Positions 1 through 9,334 of a stretch of 64,000 bases of DNA are shown here, piece after piece. Each line of letters begins with the position of its first letter. The stretch's first letter is position 1. The notes under the pieces are model-generated. The model ran no database searches, was not told the DNA's origin, and saw only the letters and a list, made by a program, of their open reading frames with translations. The position numbers were made by a program, and so were the translations under genes. The stretch covers positions 144 to 64,143 of the forward strand of contig CAZCZJ010000002.1 in the NCBI GenBank assembly GCA_964503235.1, written 5' to 3'. Source of the stretch: an uncultured Dehalococcoidaceae bacterium (GTDB lineage Bacteria; Chloroflexota; Dehalococcoidia; Dehalococcoidales; RBG-16-60-22).

Positions 1-847
1 ACGGTGTTGACCAGCCGGGTTCAGGGAAAATGAGATACCCTGTAAATAATTGGTCTTTGGCTACGGTTACTTTCTTGTCGAGATTTGAGAGAGTTATCGG
101 TTTGGTATCACCAGTAATGTCTATATAGACCAATCCCAGGTCAGTGGTCTTGAAGGCGTTGACAGCGTGCGGTATATCATCATAGAAATGTATGGCTACA
201 AAAGCGGCTCGGATGCCAGCTGCCTCGGCGTTATTATGGAGTTCCTCGGCGAAATTTCCGCACATATAGACATCGTCAACATACAGGTTTTTGTCCGTCT
301 TGTCTTCCAGTAAAAATGCTCTGAGCTCGAGCCAGGTAGGGTTCTTAGCGTTGCTGTTGTTGGTCAGCACTAATTCCAGTGCATCGCCAGAACGGTAGGG
401 CGGATTTACGCCGGAGAGAACCTGTGTCCCCAGGGTATCTTCGTAAAGGTCGAGTTTCTCCTGAATCCCAGCAATCGCTTCCTGGAGGTATTCGTTCTCT
501 CGTTCGGTTGAGATTAATAGTCCTGATGTTGTATTAAGCTCATTCTCAACATTCTCCATTTCTTCCTGAGTAGTCTCGTAAAGGTCTATATATTCTGCGG
601 TTTCATTCTTCTGCTCGTCCAGGTCATTTTGGGCACTTTCCAGTTCGGTTGCGGTATCCTGTAAATCATCCTGTATTTCTGTCAGACTGTTCCGGGTATC
701 CTGCAGCTCTTGCTGCAGGTTGGCAACATCAGCCTGGGCAGCGTCCAATTCTGACTCGGTGTTACCGAGTGCCTGATAGGTCAATACCAGACCGACGGCA
801 CATCCCGCCAGCACAAGTACTCCAATCGCTATTAATATCTTCTTCAT
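1..847 (-). CDS. Membrane-anchored coiled-coil protein of unknown function. It is partial because the C-terminal end runs off the window, which explains its absence from the ORF track.
   Basis: A minus-strand ATG at 845-847 opens a frame with no stop down to base 1. My translation gives MKKILIAIGVLVLAGCAVGLVLTYQ (signal/anchor). This is followed by a Q/E/L-rich coiled-coil-like stretch (AQADVANLQQELQDTRNSLTEIQDDLQD...) and a globular part (...CGNFAEELHNNAEAAGIRAAF...). I did not recognise a family. Confidence 0.5.
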   Translation of the reverse strand, partial: MKKILIAIGVLVLAGCAVGLVLTYQALGNTESELDAAQADVANLQQELQDTRNSLTEIQDDLQDTATELESAQNDLDEQKNETAEYIDLYETTQEEMENVENELNTTSGLLISTERENEYLQEAIAGIQEKLDLYEDTLGTQVLSGVNPPYRSGDALELVLTNNSNAKNPTWLELRAFLLEDKTDKNLYVDDVYMCGNFAEELHNNAEAAGIRAAFVAIHFYDDIPHAVNAFKTTDLGLVYIDITGDTKPITLSNLDKKVTVAKDQLFTGYLIFPEPGWSTP

Positions 848-976
848 CTTCTTACTCCGTTTGACGGCATAATCAACCGACGTTATTAAGTAATAATATT
901 ATATTACTTGTATTTTTGGTAGTTCACCCCCGTCAGCTGATTTTTATTACAAAGCGTGGTATATATTTCAGGCTGA

Positions 977-1762
977 TTACTTACTGGCAGCGCCCACCAG
1001 GACGATGGGCAAGCCGTTAACGGGGTGGGTGTAGACGCAATTTTCAGCGCCGTAAACCTGTTTGATATTGTAGTTAGTGATAACCTCAGATGGTTTTCCT
1101 TCGGCATGAATGTGCCCGTCGTGTATAAGTACCAGTCGGTCGCAGTACTGTGCCGCCAGATTAAGGTCGTGGAGAGCCGCCAGGACTGTCAGATTTTGGG
1201 TGCGGCAGAGGTCTTTCATAAGGTCGAGTATTTCAACCTGTCGGCCGATATCCAGGTTGGCTGTCGGTTCATCGAGGAGGACGGCTTTTGTCTCCTGTAC
1301 TAATACACGGGCAATCAGTAGGCATTGGATTTCCCCTCCGGAAAGCTCGTTAATGCGGCGGTCAGCCAGCGATTGCGTGGCAGTCTTTTCCATGGCTTGC
1401 AGGGCTAAATTCCAGTCCCTCGGTCCTTCCGATTGAAATAGCCCCAGATGGGGATTTCTGCCCATGAGTACTATCTCAAAAGCGGAAAAAGTGCTGGGCA
1501 ATAGTGGTATCTGAGGGACCACGCCTACCAGGCGGGCCAACTCCCGTCTCGGTATTCTGGATATTACCCGTCCGTCGACCAGTATTGTTCCCGATAGTGG
1601 ATTGATGATATGGCTTAAAGCCTTAATAAGCGTTGATTTACCGCAGCCGTTGGGACCGATGAGTCCCACCAGTTCCCCGGGCGATACCTTAAGATTCAAA
1701 TCTCTCAATATCGGATGGTGGTTGTAGCCCAGGGATACTTTTTGCATTTCCAGTTCAATCAT
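977..1762 (-). CDS. ABC transporter ATP-binding protein, iron-siderophore/cobalamin (FecE/BtuD) type
   Basis: Walker A GPNGCGKST, ABC signature LSGGE, Walker B LLDEPT. It is co-directional with the FecCD permease and the binding protein. Confidence 0.9.
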   Translation of the reverse strand: MIELEMQKVSLGYNHHPILRDLNLKVSPGELVGLIGPNGCGKSTLIKALSHIINPLSGTILVDGRVISRIPRRELARLVGVVPQIPLLPSTFSAFEIVLMGRNPHLGLFQSEGPRDWNLALQAMEKTATQSLADRRINELSGGEIQCLLIARVLVQETKAVLLDEPTANLDIGRQVEILDLMKDLCRTQNLTVLAALHDLNLAAQYCDRLVLIHDGHIHAEGKPSEVITNYNIKQVYGAENCVYTHPVNGLPIVLVGAASK

Positions 1763-1815
1763 GTTTAGCCTCGAAAAGTTGCCCCGTGAGTATTATTCTA
1801 CCTCACCCCCTGTAT

Positions 1816-1874
1816 CCCCCTCTCCTTCAAAGGAGAGGGGGAAAGAATCTTTTAAGAGGGGCTTCACCCCTCTT
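1816..1874. repeat. Two adjacent GC-rich perfect palindromes (REP-like) inside the permease-ATPase intergenic gap
   Basis: Hairpin 1 is CCCCCTCTCC (1816-1825), a ttcaaa loop, then GGAGAGGGGG (1832-1841). Hairpin 2 is AAGAGGGG (1854-1861), a cttca loop, then CCCCTCTT (1867-1874). A related AAGAGGGGC/GCCCCTCTT palindrome occurs at 41628-41649. Confidence 0.6.
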
Positions 1875-1896
1875 GGACTCCCCGTTGTTTCACATT

Positions 1897-2973
1897 TTAA
1901 AATATCGCTTTCTTACGGCGTCTCAGCAAATAAAGGAAGAACGGCGCACCGCATATGGCGGTAATCACCCCGATGGGTATCTCGGTAGGAGCTAATACAG
2001 TGCGGGCGATAAGGTCGGTTAATATCATGAATATAGCGCCGATAAGTACCGAAAGCGGCAGCAGTGAGCGGTGGTCGGAACCCCATACCAGCCGGACGGC
2101 GTGCGGGATAATAATACCGACGAAGCCAATAGTACCAACGAAAGCAACGCTGGCCGCCGTTATCAGGGTTGCCGCCGCCAGCAGTATGATTTTCAGCCTT
2201 TCCACATTCACACCCAGCTGTTGCGCCTGCTCCTCATCAAGCTGCATGACATTAAGCATCCGGCCGAAGAGAATAATTACTATTGTCCCCACTGCTACAT
2301 AAGGCAGGACAACCCCTACCTCGGACCAATCGCTGAGGGAAAAACTACCCATCAGCCAGAAAATTATGCCCCTCAGGGCTTCGCCGCTGGAAATGACGAG
2401 ATAAGAGACAATCGAGCTTAAGAGAGCGCTAAGAGCTACACCCGCCAGTATAAGGGTAGTTACGGGTAAGACTTTACCGACTCTCGCCAGCAGGTAGACC
2501 GTGGTGGTCGCCAGCAGCGCTCCGATGAAGGCCAGCAACGGGACCAGGCCGAATCCGGCCAGATTCCATGATACCGGTAGCAGAAAGCCGATAACCGCTC
2601 CCAGTGAAGCCCCCTGGGCTACCCCGATGAGGTAAGGGTCGGCCAGGGGATTGCGGAAGAGTCCCTGGTAGGTCGCTCCGGCAATAGCCAGCGCTGCCCC
2701 GACCAGTCCGGCCATAAGAACGCGGGGCAGGCGGATATCAAAGATGATGGTTTCGATATTAGCCGACCAGGTAGGGGTAATATCCACGTAAGGTAACTTG
2801 TCCGCGAGAATGCCAAACGTGGTACCAAGCGGAATGCTGACACTGCCGATACTGGTAGCCAGTACCAGTACCAGCAGCACCAGCACCACGATAATAGCGT
2901 ACACGTACCAGCGCTGTCTCAGGAAACCCTTCGGAAGCTCCGCGGAAGCATCTTGTAGTTGTTTTAATGACAT
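1897..2973 (-). CDS. FecCD-family ABC permease (BtuC/FepD-like)
   Basis: 358 aa, highly hydrophobic with about 9-10 predicted TM segments. It shows the typical FecCD pattern (...RLPRVLMAGLVGAALA..AG..YQGLFRNPLADPYLIGV...) and sits between the binding protein and the ATPase. Confidence 0.9.
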   Translation of the reverse strand: MSLKQLQDASAELPKGFLRQRWYVYAIIVVLVLLVLVLATSIGSVSIPLGTTFGILADKLPYVDITPTWSANIETIIFDIRLPRVLMAGLVGAALAIAGATYQGLFRNPLADPYLIGVAQGASLGAVIGFLLPVSWNLAGFGLVPLLAFIGALLATTTVYLLARVGKVLPVTTLILAGVALSALLSSIVSYLVISSGEALRGIIFWLMGSFSLSDWSEVGVVLPYVAVGTIVIILFGRMLNVMQLDEEQAQQLGVNVERLKIILLAAATLITAASVAFVGTIGFVGIIIPHAVRLVWGSDHRSLLPLSVLIGAIFMILTDLIARTVLAPTEIPIGVITAICGAPFFLYLLRRRKKAIF

Positions 2974-3008
2974 ATCATTTCAGCCTTGACTGGTTTATTT
3001 TCCGGTCT

Positions 3009-4046
3009 TTACGGGAAGAGCTCGGGGTGGAGCAGTGCCGCCAGTTCCTCCAGCGCCTCCACTAACCTCGGGCCCGGGCGGCCGTACAGGTCGGTGTTCA
3101 CAGGGTATACCTGGTCGTTGATGCGAGCGTTGACGCCGCTGAGTCTTTCATCAGTTAAAACAAACTGATAAGCCAGGTCGGCTCCCGTCCCCACACCCAG
3201 CGAGCCGAGAATCACATCGGGATTTCTATCGATAATTGTTTCCAGGTCGGTCATGGGTGACCCCTCGGTGTCCGCAAAGATATTTACACCCCCAGCGGCT
3301 TCAATCAGCGTATTACCCAGCGTTCCGCCACCGATGGCGAAGATGGGTTCGTGCCAGACGATATAGAAAACCTTCGGCTTCTCGGATTCTGTCAGATTGT
3401 CCGTTACGTCGGTCACCGCTTGAATCCGTTCACTCATCTCAGATACAATCTGGGCAGCCTGTTCGCCGGTTCCGGTAGCTTCGCCTACCATTTCGATAGC
3501 CTCAAAGACGACGTCGAATGACTCCGTTGATGTCAGCAAGACAATTACTGTCGTCTCCGGTAAAAACTCTTCCAGTTTCGGGACGACCTCGTTCAGGTGG
3601 GTCTCGGTGGCTAAAATCAGGTCCGGTCCAATGGCAACGATTTGCTCTATGCTTACATCTATGTCAGTCGCACTGAAGCCGCCTATCTTGGTTTTTTCCT
3701 GGGCTTCTTCGGGGTAGTTACAGTACTGCGTTACCCCCACCACCTTATCACCCAATCCGAGGGCGAACAGTATCTCGGTATTGCTGGGAGAAAGAGAGAT
3801 AATACTCTCCGGGATTTTCTCCAGCGTAACTTCCCTGCCGGCCTGGTCAATTATCTCAATGGTCGTAGGGGTCGTCGTTACCGGTGGCGTCGTTGCTGGT
3901 GTGGTTACCGGTGTTGTCGGTGGTGTGGTTGTTTCCACCGGCGTTGTCGTCTCTGCCGGCGATGTGCAGGACGTCAGGAGACTAAGGACAATGATAGTCA
4001 ACAGAATGATAGCGCCTGATTTTTTTATTATGCTTTTCACAAGCAC
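3009..4046 (-). CDS. Periplasmic-binding-protein type (BtuF/FepB-like) ABC substrate-binding lipoprotein with a Thr/Pro-rich tether
   Basis: Lipobox LLTSC, then TTPVETTTPPTTPVTTPATTPPVTTTPTT, then a class-III binding-protein-like domain. The GGAGG position suggests the true start may be the GTG at 4040. Confidence 0.85.
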   Translation of the reverse strand: MLVKSIIKKSGAIILLTIIVLSLLTSCTSPAETTTPVETTTPPTTPVTTPATTPPVTTTPTTIEIIDQAGREVTLEKIPESIISLSPSNTEILFALGLGDKVVGVTQYCNYPEEAQEKTKIGGFSATDIDVSIEQIVAIGPDLILATETHLNEVVPKLEEFLPETTVIVLLTSTESFDVVFEAIEMVGEATGTGEQAAQIVSEMSERIQAVTDVTDNLTESEKPKVFYIVWHEPIFAIGGGTLGNTLIEAAGGVNIFADTEGSPMTDLETIIDRNPDVILGSLGVGTGADLAYQFVLTDERLSGVNARINDQVYPVNTDLYGRPGPRLVEALEELAALLHPELFP

Positions 4047-4061
4047 CTCCCAAATAATATT

Positions 4062-4099
4062 ATTTAAAAATAAAACCCCTCAGCCTCAGGCTAAGGGGT
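4062..4099 (-). terminator. Intrinsic terminator forming the expression platform of the cobalamin riboswitch
   Basis: Minus-strand RNA reads CCCCTTAGCCTGAGGCTGAGGGG followed by TTTTATTTTT. It lies about 20 nt before the RBS of the binding-protein gene. Confidence 0.6.
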
Positions 4100-4290
4100 G
4101 AAAAGACTTAACAAAAAGTCCTACAACTCCCCCGCGGAGTACTGTAGGCTGTACCAGGGGTTGGCGTTCTGGCTGATGATGGACTATCCATCAAATACAG
4201 TGGCGCGGCCGCGTCGGATTCTCACCGACTTGCTTTCCAGTTATGCCCTCACTCACGCTCGGGCACCCCTGTTTCCATATTCAGTTGATA
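4062..4290 (-). promoter_or_regulatory. Cobalamin (B12) riboswitch leader of the ABC importer operon
   Basis: The minus strand carries the conserved core GGTGAGAATCCGACGCGGCCGCGCCACTGT (about 4197-4226). A B12-box-like AGCCAGAACGCC lies at about 4163-4174. Both sit upstream of the terminator and the transporter genes. Confidence 0.7.
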
Positions 4291-4317
4291 TTACTTTACA
4301 GTATTAAAATTAAAAAA

Positions 4318-4731
4318 TCAAGTCGTTACGGGAGAAGGATTGTGATTATATTCCCTGGCTCTTCTCAATTTAGCGCGAATCCGGGCGAGAAATGCCCGTC
4401 GTTCGAAAGGCTTGCGAATATAATCATCGGCACCGAGAGAAAAAGCCATCTGCAACGACTCCATCTCGTAATTGGCGGCAAGCATAATAATCGGTACGTC
4501 GGTATGCTTTCTTATCCGGTCGAGTTCCCGGAAATTTTTAACCCCCGGTGTCGTGGAATCGAGAATCACCAGGTCCGGCTCAATCTGATTTAATAGCGTC
4601 AGGGTAGCGTCACCATCGGCAACGAGAACGGTATCGAAGCCTTCAGACTCAAGGGTGGTATCGAGCAATTGCCGCGTATCCTGGTCATCATCGATAACCA
4701 GGATACGCTGGCGGGTATTTATAGCCGACAA
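4318..4731 (-). CDS. Single-domain response regulator (CheY-like receiver)
   Basis: Receiver signature ILVIDDD...DLVILD...ADDYIRKPF, 137 aa with no output domain, TTG start. Confidence 0.85.
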   Translation of the reverse strand: MSAINTRQRILVIDDDQDTRQLLDTTLESEGFDTVLVADGDATLTLLNQIEPDLVILDSTTPGVKNFRELDRIRKHTDVPIIMLAANYEMESLQMAFSLGADDYIRKPFERRAFLARIRAKLRRAREYNHNPSPVTT

Positions 4732-4771
4732 GATTCTTCCTCTTAAAATGATAATTTAGGAATGTGGGATT

Positions 4772-5020
4772 CTAGTTTTGTACGCCTTTGGGGAGTTCTA
4801 CTTCCCAGAGTGGAACAAGGGTACACTTTCGCTTGGGGCTGATTAGGATTTTACCACCGCCCTGGGTATTTACGGGTTGAAAGCTACCCGGGAGCGGCAT
4901 GTCTTTAAGCATATAAAACTCGTTGGTAGGACTATTTTTATGTTCTTGGCTGAACTGTTTCATATCGGCAACGTGCTGTTGGAAAGACCGGGCGTTATTC
5001 CATACCAGGATTATTTCCAT
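4772..5020 (-). CDS. Hypothetical small protein (82 aa)
   Basis: ATG preceded by GGAG at about 7 nt. The gene sits in a gap between two transcription units. No family recognised. Confidence 0.4.
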   Translation of the reverse strand: MEIILVWNNARSFQQHVADMKQFSQEHKNSPTNEFYMLKDMPLPGSFQPVNTQGGGKILISPKRKCTLVPLWEVELPKGVQN

Positions 5021-5151
5021 TTTTCACTCCATCTCACTGCTAACCTTAATCAAACTAACTCACATTGATATCAAAAAGAGAGCACGTAGCCTCACAAAAT
5101 AATCACGGTATATCAATCAGGCATGAATAGGAGTGAGGATGGTGGAATATA

Positions 5152-5185
5152 TAAAAAAAGAGCCTTCCTGAAGATGGAAGGCTCT
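5152..5185 (-). terminator. Intrinsic terminator after the OmpR-type regulator gene
   Basis: 10-bp stem AGAGCCTTCC / GGAAGGCTCT with a 7-nt loop. On the minus strand it is followed by TTTTTTT (plus-strand A-run 5153-5159). Confidence 0.65.
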
Positions 5186-5226
5186 TGGAAGGCTATAACT
5201 TCACCTGACGTATTGTGACGGGGAAG

Positions 5227-5928
5227 TTATGATGGTTTTGACATAATGTACCCGATGCCTGGCCTGGTGAGGATATAGGTAGGATTCCGGGCGTCATCAC
5301 CCAGTTTCTTCCTCAATCGGGCAATGTTAACCTGAAGGAGATGCGGTGCTCCCAGGTAAGCTTCTCCCCATACTTTGTTCAGAAGCTGATCGGGTGTTAC
5401 AACACGACCGGCGTTCCGGGATATATAGGATAATAGTCTGTACTCCGTAGAAGTTAGTATCAGTTCCTGGTCCTGCATCGAAACTCTATTCGACGCGTAA
5501 TCAATAACGAGGTCTTTATAACGGAAGAGAGAGTTGGATTGTCTTTCCTGAGAACCGGTGCGACGCAGTATCGCCCTGACACGCGCCGCTAACTCGCTGG
5601 CAGAGAAGGGCTTGGTGACATAATCGTCAGCCCCGGTATCCAGGCCTTCGACCTTTTGCTTATCGTCACCCATGGCGGTGACCATGATGATAGGAACATC
5701 GGAAAACTCCCGGATATGCTGGCAAACGGTATATCCATTCATATCGGGCATCATGATATCAAGCAGCACCAGGTCCGGATTTTCTTTCTCGAATACTCTT
5801 AAGGCAGCCTCTCCGTTGTTGGCGGTTATCGTCTGGAAACTCTCCAGTTCCAGCATGCGTTTCATCATGCGTAGCATACGGATATCGTCATCAACAACCA
5901 GTATTAAGGTTTTTTTTGAGGACATCAT
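5227..5928 (-). CDS. OmpR/PhoB-family response regulator (receiver plus winged-helix)
   Basis: LVVDDD...DLVLLDIMMPDMNG...ADDYVTKPF, plus the C-terminal Trans_reg_C pattern (LTSTEYRLLSYI....VWG....NIARLRKKL). Confidence 0.9.
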   Translation of the reverse strand: MMSSKKTLILVVDDDIRMLRMMKRMLELESFQTITANNGEAALRVFEKENPDLVLLDIMMPDMNGYTVCQHIREFSDVPIIMVTAMGDDKQKVEGLDTGADDYVTKPFSASELAARVRAILRRTGSQERQSNSLFRYKDLVIDYASNRVSMQDQELILTSTEYRLLSYISRNAGRVVTPDQLLNKVWGEAYLGAPHLLQVNIARLRKKLGDDARNPTYILTRPGIGYIMSKPS

Positions 5929-5996
5929 AGTACCTCTCTTTCCGGTTTATATAATTGTCCTCAGCTATTGTTACCGCATTAATTATATACTTTTTT

Positions 5997-8900
5997 TTAT
6001 AATTTTTTAGCTGCTTTTCCTGAGTTGTCTGTTGGTAATGTAAAAAAGACCGTACTTCCTTTGCCTAATTCGCTTTCAACCCAGATACTACCGCCGTGTG
6101 CTTCAACCAGCCTCCGGCAAATATATAATCCCAGTCCCAGTCCGTCTACACCTGAATACAGCCTTTGTTCTATCCGGTACATCCGGTCGAAAATATTCGT
6201 CAGTTCTTCGGGTGGTATCCCGGTGCCGTGGTCGGCGACACAAACCAGGACTTCATTACCGTCTTTACTCGCCGATATCGTAACCTCGGTTCCCTGCGGA
6301 GAGTACTTGACAGCATTATTAATGAGATTGTCCAGAACCTGCCGTATACGTTTGGCGTCAAGGTTTACTCTTGGCAAGTCCTTTTTCAATCGTGTAACTA
6401 TATAATGTCGGGTTGCTCTGACTCTGGCCTCGGTCGTAGCTGTATCTATAAGCTTGGTAATACTCGTTGGATGCCTTTCCAGTTTGAGCAGTCCAGCCTC
6501 CATACGAGATGTGTCCAGCAGGTTATCGACAAGTAACGCTAACCTGTCGGTTGAGTGGTCTATGGATTTCAGGTAATCATGTTTTTCACTGGTATTTAAC
6601 CTTGCGAAGTAGTCAAGCATCATAGTAGAGTATCCCTTTATGGTCGCCAGCGGGGTACGCAGCTCGTGGGATACCGTCGCCAGAAGGTCGGTCTTCATCT
6701 TGTTCAGTTCTTCGTATTCGATTACTTTCCTCTCAAGATACTTGCGCTCGGTGATATCCATAAGGTTTCCGAGAAGAGCGTCCCGGCCTTCAAAGTGAAT
6801 CGGTGAAACCGTCTGGAGTACCCATTTAATCTGTCCGTTTTTATTGAGAATACGGTATTCGCAGGGGTAAGGGCTCTCCTCCCGTAATGTGAAAAGTGTA
6901 CTGGACTTAACCACGTCGCTGTCCTCGATAGCGACGATATCGAGGAGTTCCTTGTCTATTAATTCCTTTTCACTGTATCCGGTAAGTTTCTGTAATTGAG
7001 GATTGGTATACTTGAATTTTTCATCCTGCACGATGAAAATACCCAGCGGCGAGCTATGGGAAATTGTCCTGATTATCTCCTCCGACTGCTTACGCTCGGT
7101 AATATCGGTTGAGACAGCAATCATACAGGTGTCCATGCCTATTTTTATCTTCTCCGCCGAGCATAACCAGGTGCGTATTTCCCCGGACCTCATGCGGAAA
7201 TTAAACTCCTCGTTTCGGAATTGCCCGTCCTGGTTAATGAGTTGCATCATTTTCTCAGCATCTTCAGGATTTATCCACAGGTCAAACTCATCGACGGTAT
7301 GACCTATCAATTCTTCACGCTTATAGCCGGTTATATTTACGAAACTGTCGTTAACTTCAATATATTTACCGTCTTCGAGATTGGTGATTATCACTATATC
7401 GGGACTGGCATTAAAGGCTTTGGAGAACCTTTCTTCTGACTGGCGTAAAGCGTCCTCGGCTTTCCTGCGTTCGGTGACATCTTCGCCGGAACTCAACGTA
7501 CCCAGGATTTGACCGTGCTCATCCATTACTAGGGAATTATGCCAGGATATATGCTTTTCTTTGCCGCTTTGAGAAATTACGGAATGGTCGTATACGTGCT
7601 GGAATTTGTATACATGTCCGTTCATTATTTGCCGGAAAACCGATTGGACCTGCCTTCGTAATTGTACGGGAATAAAGTGGTTAAACCAGTTTTTGCCTAT
7701 AATATCCTGTTCATCATACTCAAGTATTTCACAACCTTTTTTATTAATAAGAGAGACATTACCATCGGTATCGAGGGCAAGCAGTATCGTACCGGCAAGA
7801 TTGAAATAATCCTGCGCTCTTTGTCTTTCTTCCTGTAATATTGCCTCCGCTTTTTTACGCTCGGTAATATCCACGACCATGGAACGGCTTTCCTTAAACC
7901 GGCCCTCGGTGTCAAGAACAGCATTAACCGTTAGACTTATCCAGACCGGTGTGCCGTCCGCCTTTTTCATCTGCAGCTCTTCGTCAACGATGTTGCATCC
8001 GGCCGTGAATTTTTGGAAAATTCTCTTGGCTTTCTTTTTCCCATCCAGTGTATCGTCATATAAGATATCTCTCGGCTGCCCGATTAGTTCATCGACTTGA
8101 TACCCCAGTAACTCTCCCGCCCTTTTATTACAGTTTTTGATAATGCCGTCCTCGTTGAATGAGAAGTAGGCATTGGGAGCATTTTCATACAGGTCGCGGA
8201 ATTTCTCCTCAGATACTTTTAAAGCCTCCTCGGATTGCCGGTGTTCCGCAGTCGTACCGAGTCGTTCGGCTATAGCATCCAGCAGCAGCCTTTCTTCTTT
8301 TGAGAACGAGCCGTTTACACCTGTTGTGGGGCTTTTAAGGTAGCCGACTTCTATGCTGCCTGCTTTAGCTCCCCGTATGAAAATATCCGAAGATATATTC
8401 CGGTCGCTCTTCTGATAATTATCCGTGTGGATATCCCACCCGTTAACTTCTATTTTGGCAAACGCTATTTCTGGATATTGGAAAGCCCTGGGAAGCAGAT
8501 TAGCAATTTGCTTGAACCGTTTGTTTAAACTGAGATTTGCGGCTCCCGTGATACTGGCAACGTCATAAAGGCACCGGAGTTCTTTAACACGTTTATCGAG
8601 CGTGTTTTTCATCTTATTACGTTCGTATCTTTCTACCGCGTCCCATTTGTCACCACGTTTGATTAGAGCCAGCTGGTGGCTGCTTACCACATCGGCGATT
8701 TCGATAAATTCACAGGTATTCAACGAGTAAGAACATATGGATATCAACCTGCTGTCGTTTATAACGTCCTCTCCCCCTTTTACATATCTCATGAAATCCG
8801 CCCAGTCTTTTTTTTCGACCCAGCTGGTATCGGTGGCAAATCTCAAGCCATCGTAATTCTCTCTCAGGGCTTGGTTCAGTTTCTCTGCCAGACCACTCAT

Positions 8901-9266
8901 CGCTTTTTTGAGATCAAGTGTCCCGTCTGGAAAATACCATTCGGTATAAGGTATGATTTCTAGCTGCTCTTTTTTCAGGTATTCACTATTGTTGCTCGTG
9001 GTTTTCTTAAACACCTCTTCGGCAGATTTCTTATCTAATGTATTTGAAGTAATCCACAGACAGTACTCATTATTATCCAGTCCTGCCCTGAAATAGGGCA
9101 CAAGAATGTCAATTAGCTCCTCGCTAGTTTTGTAGAAAAGGCAAATGTGAGTGTCCCAGGATATATCATCGATGGCATCGATTCCGGTTTTCCTAAGCAG
9201 CTTTTCCATTTTAAATACTACTTTAGATGCTACCAAATTGGTGGTAGCACAAACCCTTAATAACAA
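5997..9266 (-). CDS. Cytoplasmic sensor histidine kinase with an N-terminal MEDS-like domain, multiple PAS domains, HisKA and HATPase_c
   Basis: MEDS-like THICLFYKTSEELIDILVPYFRAGLDNNEYCLWI. About five PAS units each end in DITERK-type linkers. The H-box is SHELRTPL and the G-boxes are DHGTGI / GLGLGL. The start may be the internal ATG near 9209 (MEKLL...). Confidence 0.9.
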   Translation of the reverse strand: MLLRVCATTNLVASKVVFKMEKLLRKTGIDAIDDISWDTHICLFYKTSEELIDILVPYFRAGLDNNEYCLWITSNTLDKKSAEEVFKKTTSNNSEYLKKEQLEIIPYTEWYFPDGTLDLKKAMSGLAEKLNQALRENYDGLRFATDTSWVEKKDWADFMRYVKGGEDVINDSRLISICSYSLNTCEFIEIADVVSSHQLALIKRGDKWDAVERYERNKMKNTLDKRVKELRCLYDVASITGAANLSLNKRFKQIANLLPRAFQYPEIAFAKIEVNGWDIHTDNYQKSDRNISSDIFIRGAKAGSIEVGYLKSPTTGVNGSFSKEERLLLDAIAERLGTTAEHRQSEEALKVSEEKFRDLYENAPNAYFSFNEDGIIKNCNKRAGELLGYQVDELIGQPRDILYDDTLDGKKKAKRIFQKFTAGCNIVDEELQMKKADGTPVWISLTVNAVLDTEGRFKESRSMVVDITERKKAEAILQEERQRAQDYFNLAGTILLALDTDGNVSLINKKGCEILEYDEQDIIGKNWFNHFIPVQLRRQVQSVFRQIMNGHVYKFQHVYDHSVISQSGKEKHISWHNSLVMDEHGQILGTLSSGEDVTERRKAEDALRQSEERFSKAFNASPDIVIITNLEDGKYIEVNDSFVNITGYKREELIGHTVDEFDLWINPEDAEKMMQLINQDGQFRNEEFNFRMRSGEIRTWLCSAEKIKIGMDTCMIAVSTDITERKQSEEIIRTISHSSPLGIFIVQDEKFKYTNPQLQKLTGYSEKELIDKELLDIVAIEDSDVVKSSTLFTLREESPYPCEYRILNKNGQIKWVLQTVSPIHFEGRDALLGNLMDITERKYLERKVIEYEELNKMKTDLLATVSHELRTPLATIKGYSTMMLDYFARLNTSEKHDYLKSIDHSTDRLALLVDNLLDTSRMEAGLLKLERHPTSITKLIDTATTEARVRATRHYIVTRLKKDLPRVNLDAKRIRQVLDNLINNAVKYSPQGTEVTISASKDGNEVLVCVADHGTGIPPEELTNIFDRMYRIEQRLYSGVDGLGLGLYICRRLVEAHGGSIWVESELGKGSTVFFTLPTDNSGKAAKKL

Positions 9267-9334
9267 TAGTACGTAATTTTTGTCAATTCGTCAAGTGTCC
9301 ATAAATAATCATGTATATGCTTAATGTCTCCTCG

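Noticed and set aside
1761-1995. Plus-strand ORFs 1761-1964 and 1786-1995
   Set aside because: They translate the palindromic repeats (PPVSPSPSKERGK-type low-complexity sequence) and then run antisense into the permease gene.
3850-3965. Low-complexity ACC/CCG-rich DNA that might suggest a simple-sequence repeat
   Set aside because: It encodes the Thr/Pro-rich tether of the binding lipoprotein (TTPVETTTPPTTPVTTPATTPPVTTTPTT). It is a coding linker, not a non-coding repeat.
9207-9266. Choice between the TTG start at 9266 and the internal ATG near 9209 for the MEDS kinase
   Set aside because: Neither has a convincing Shine-Dalgarno sequence. My manual reading of this stretch was off by one base relative to the ORF track. 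I kept the track coordinates and flag the start as uncertain.
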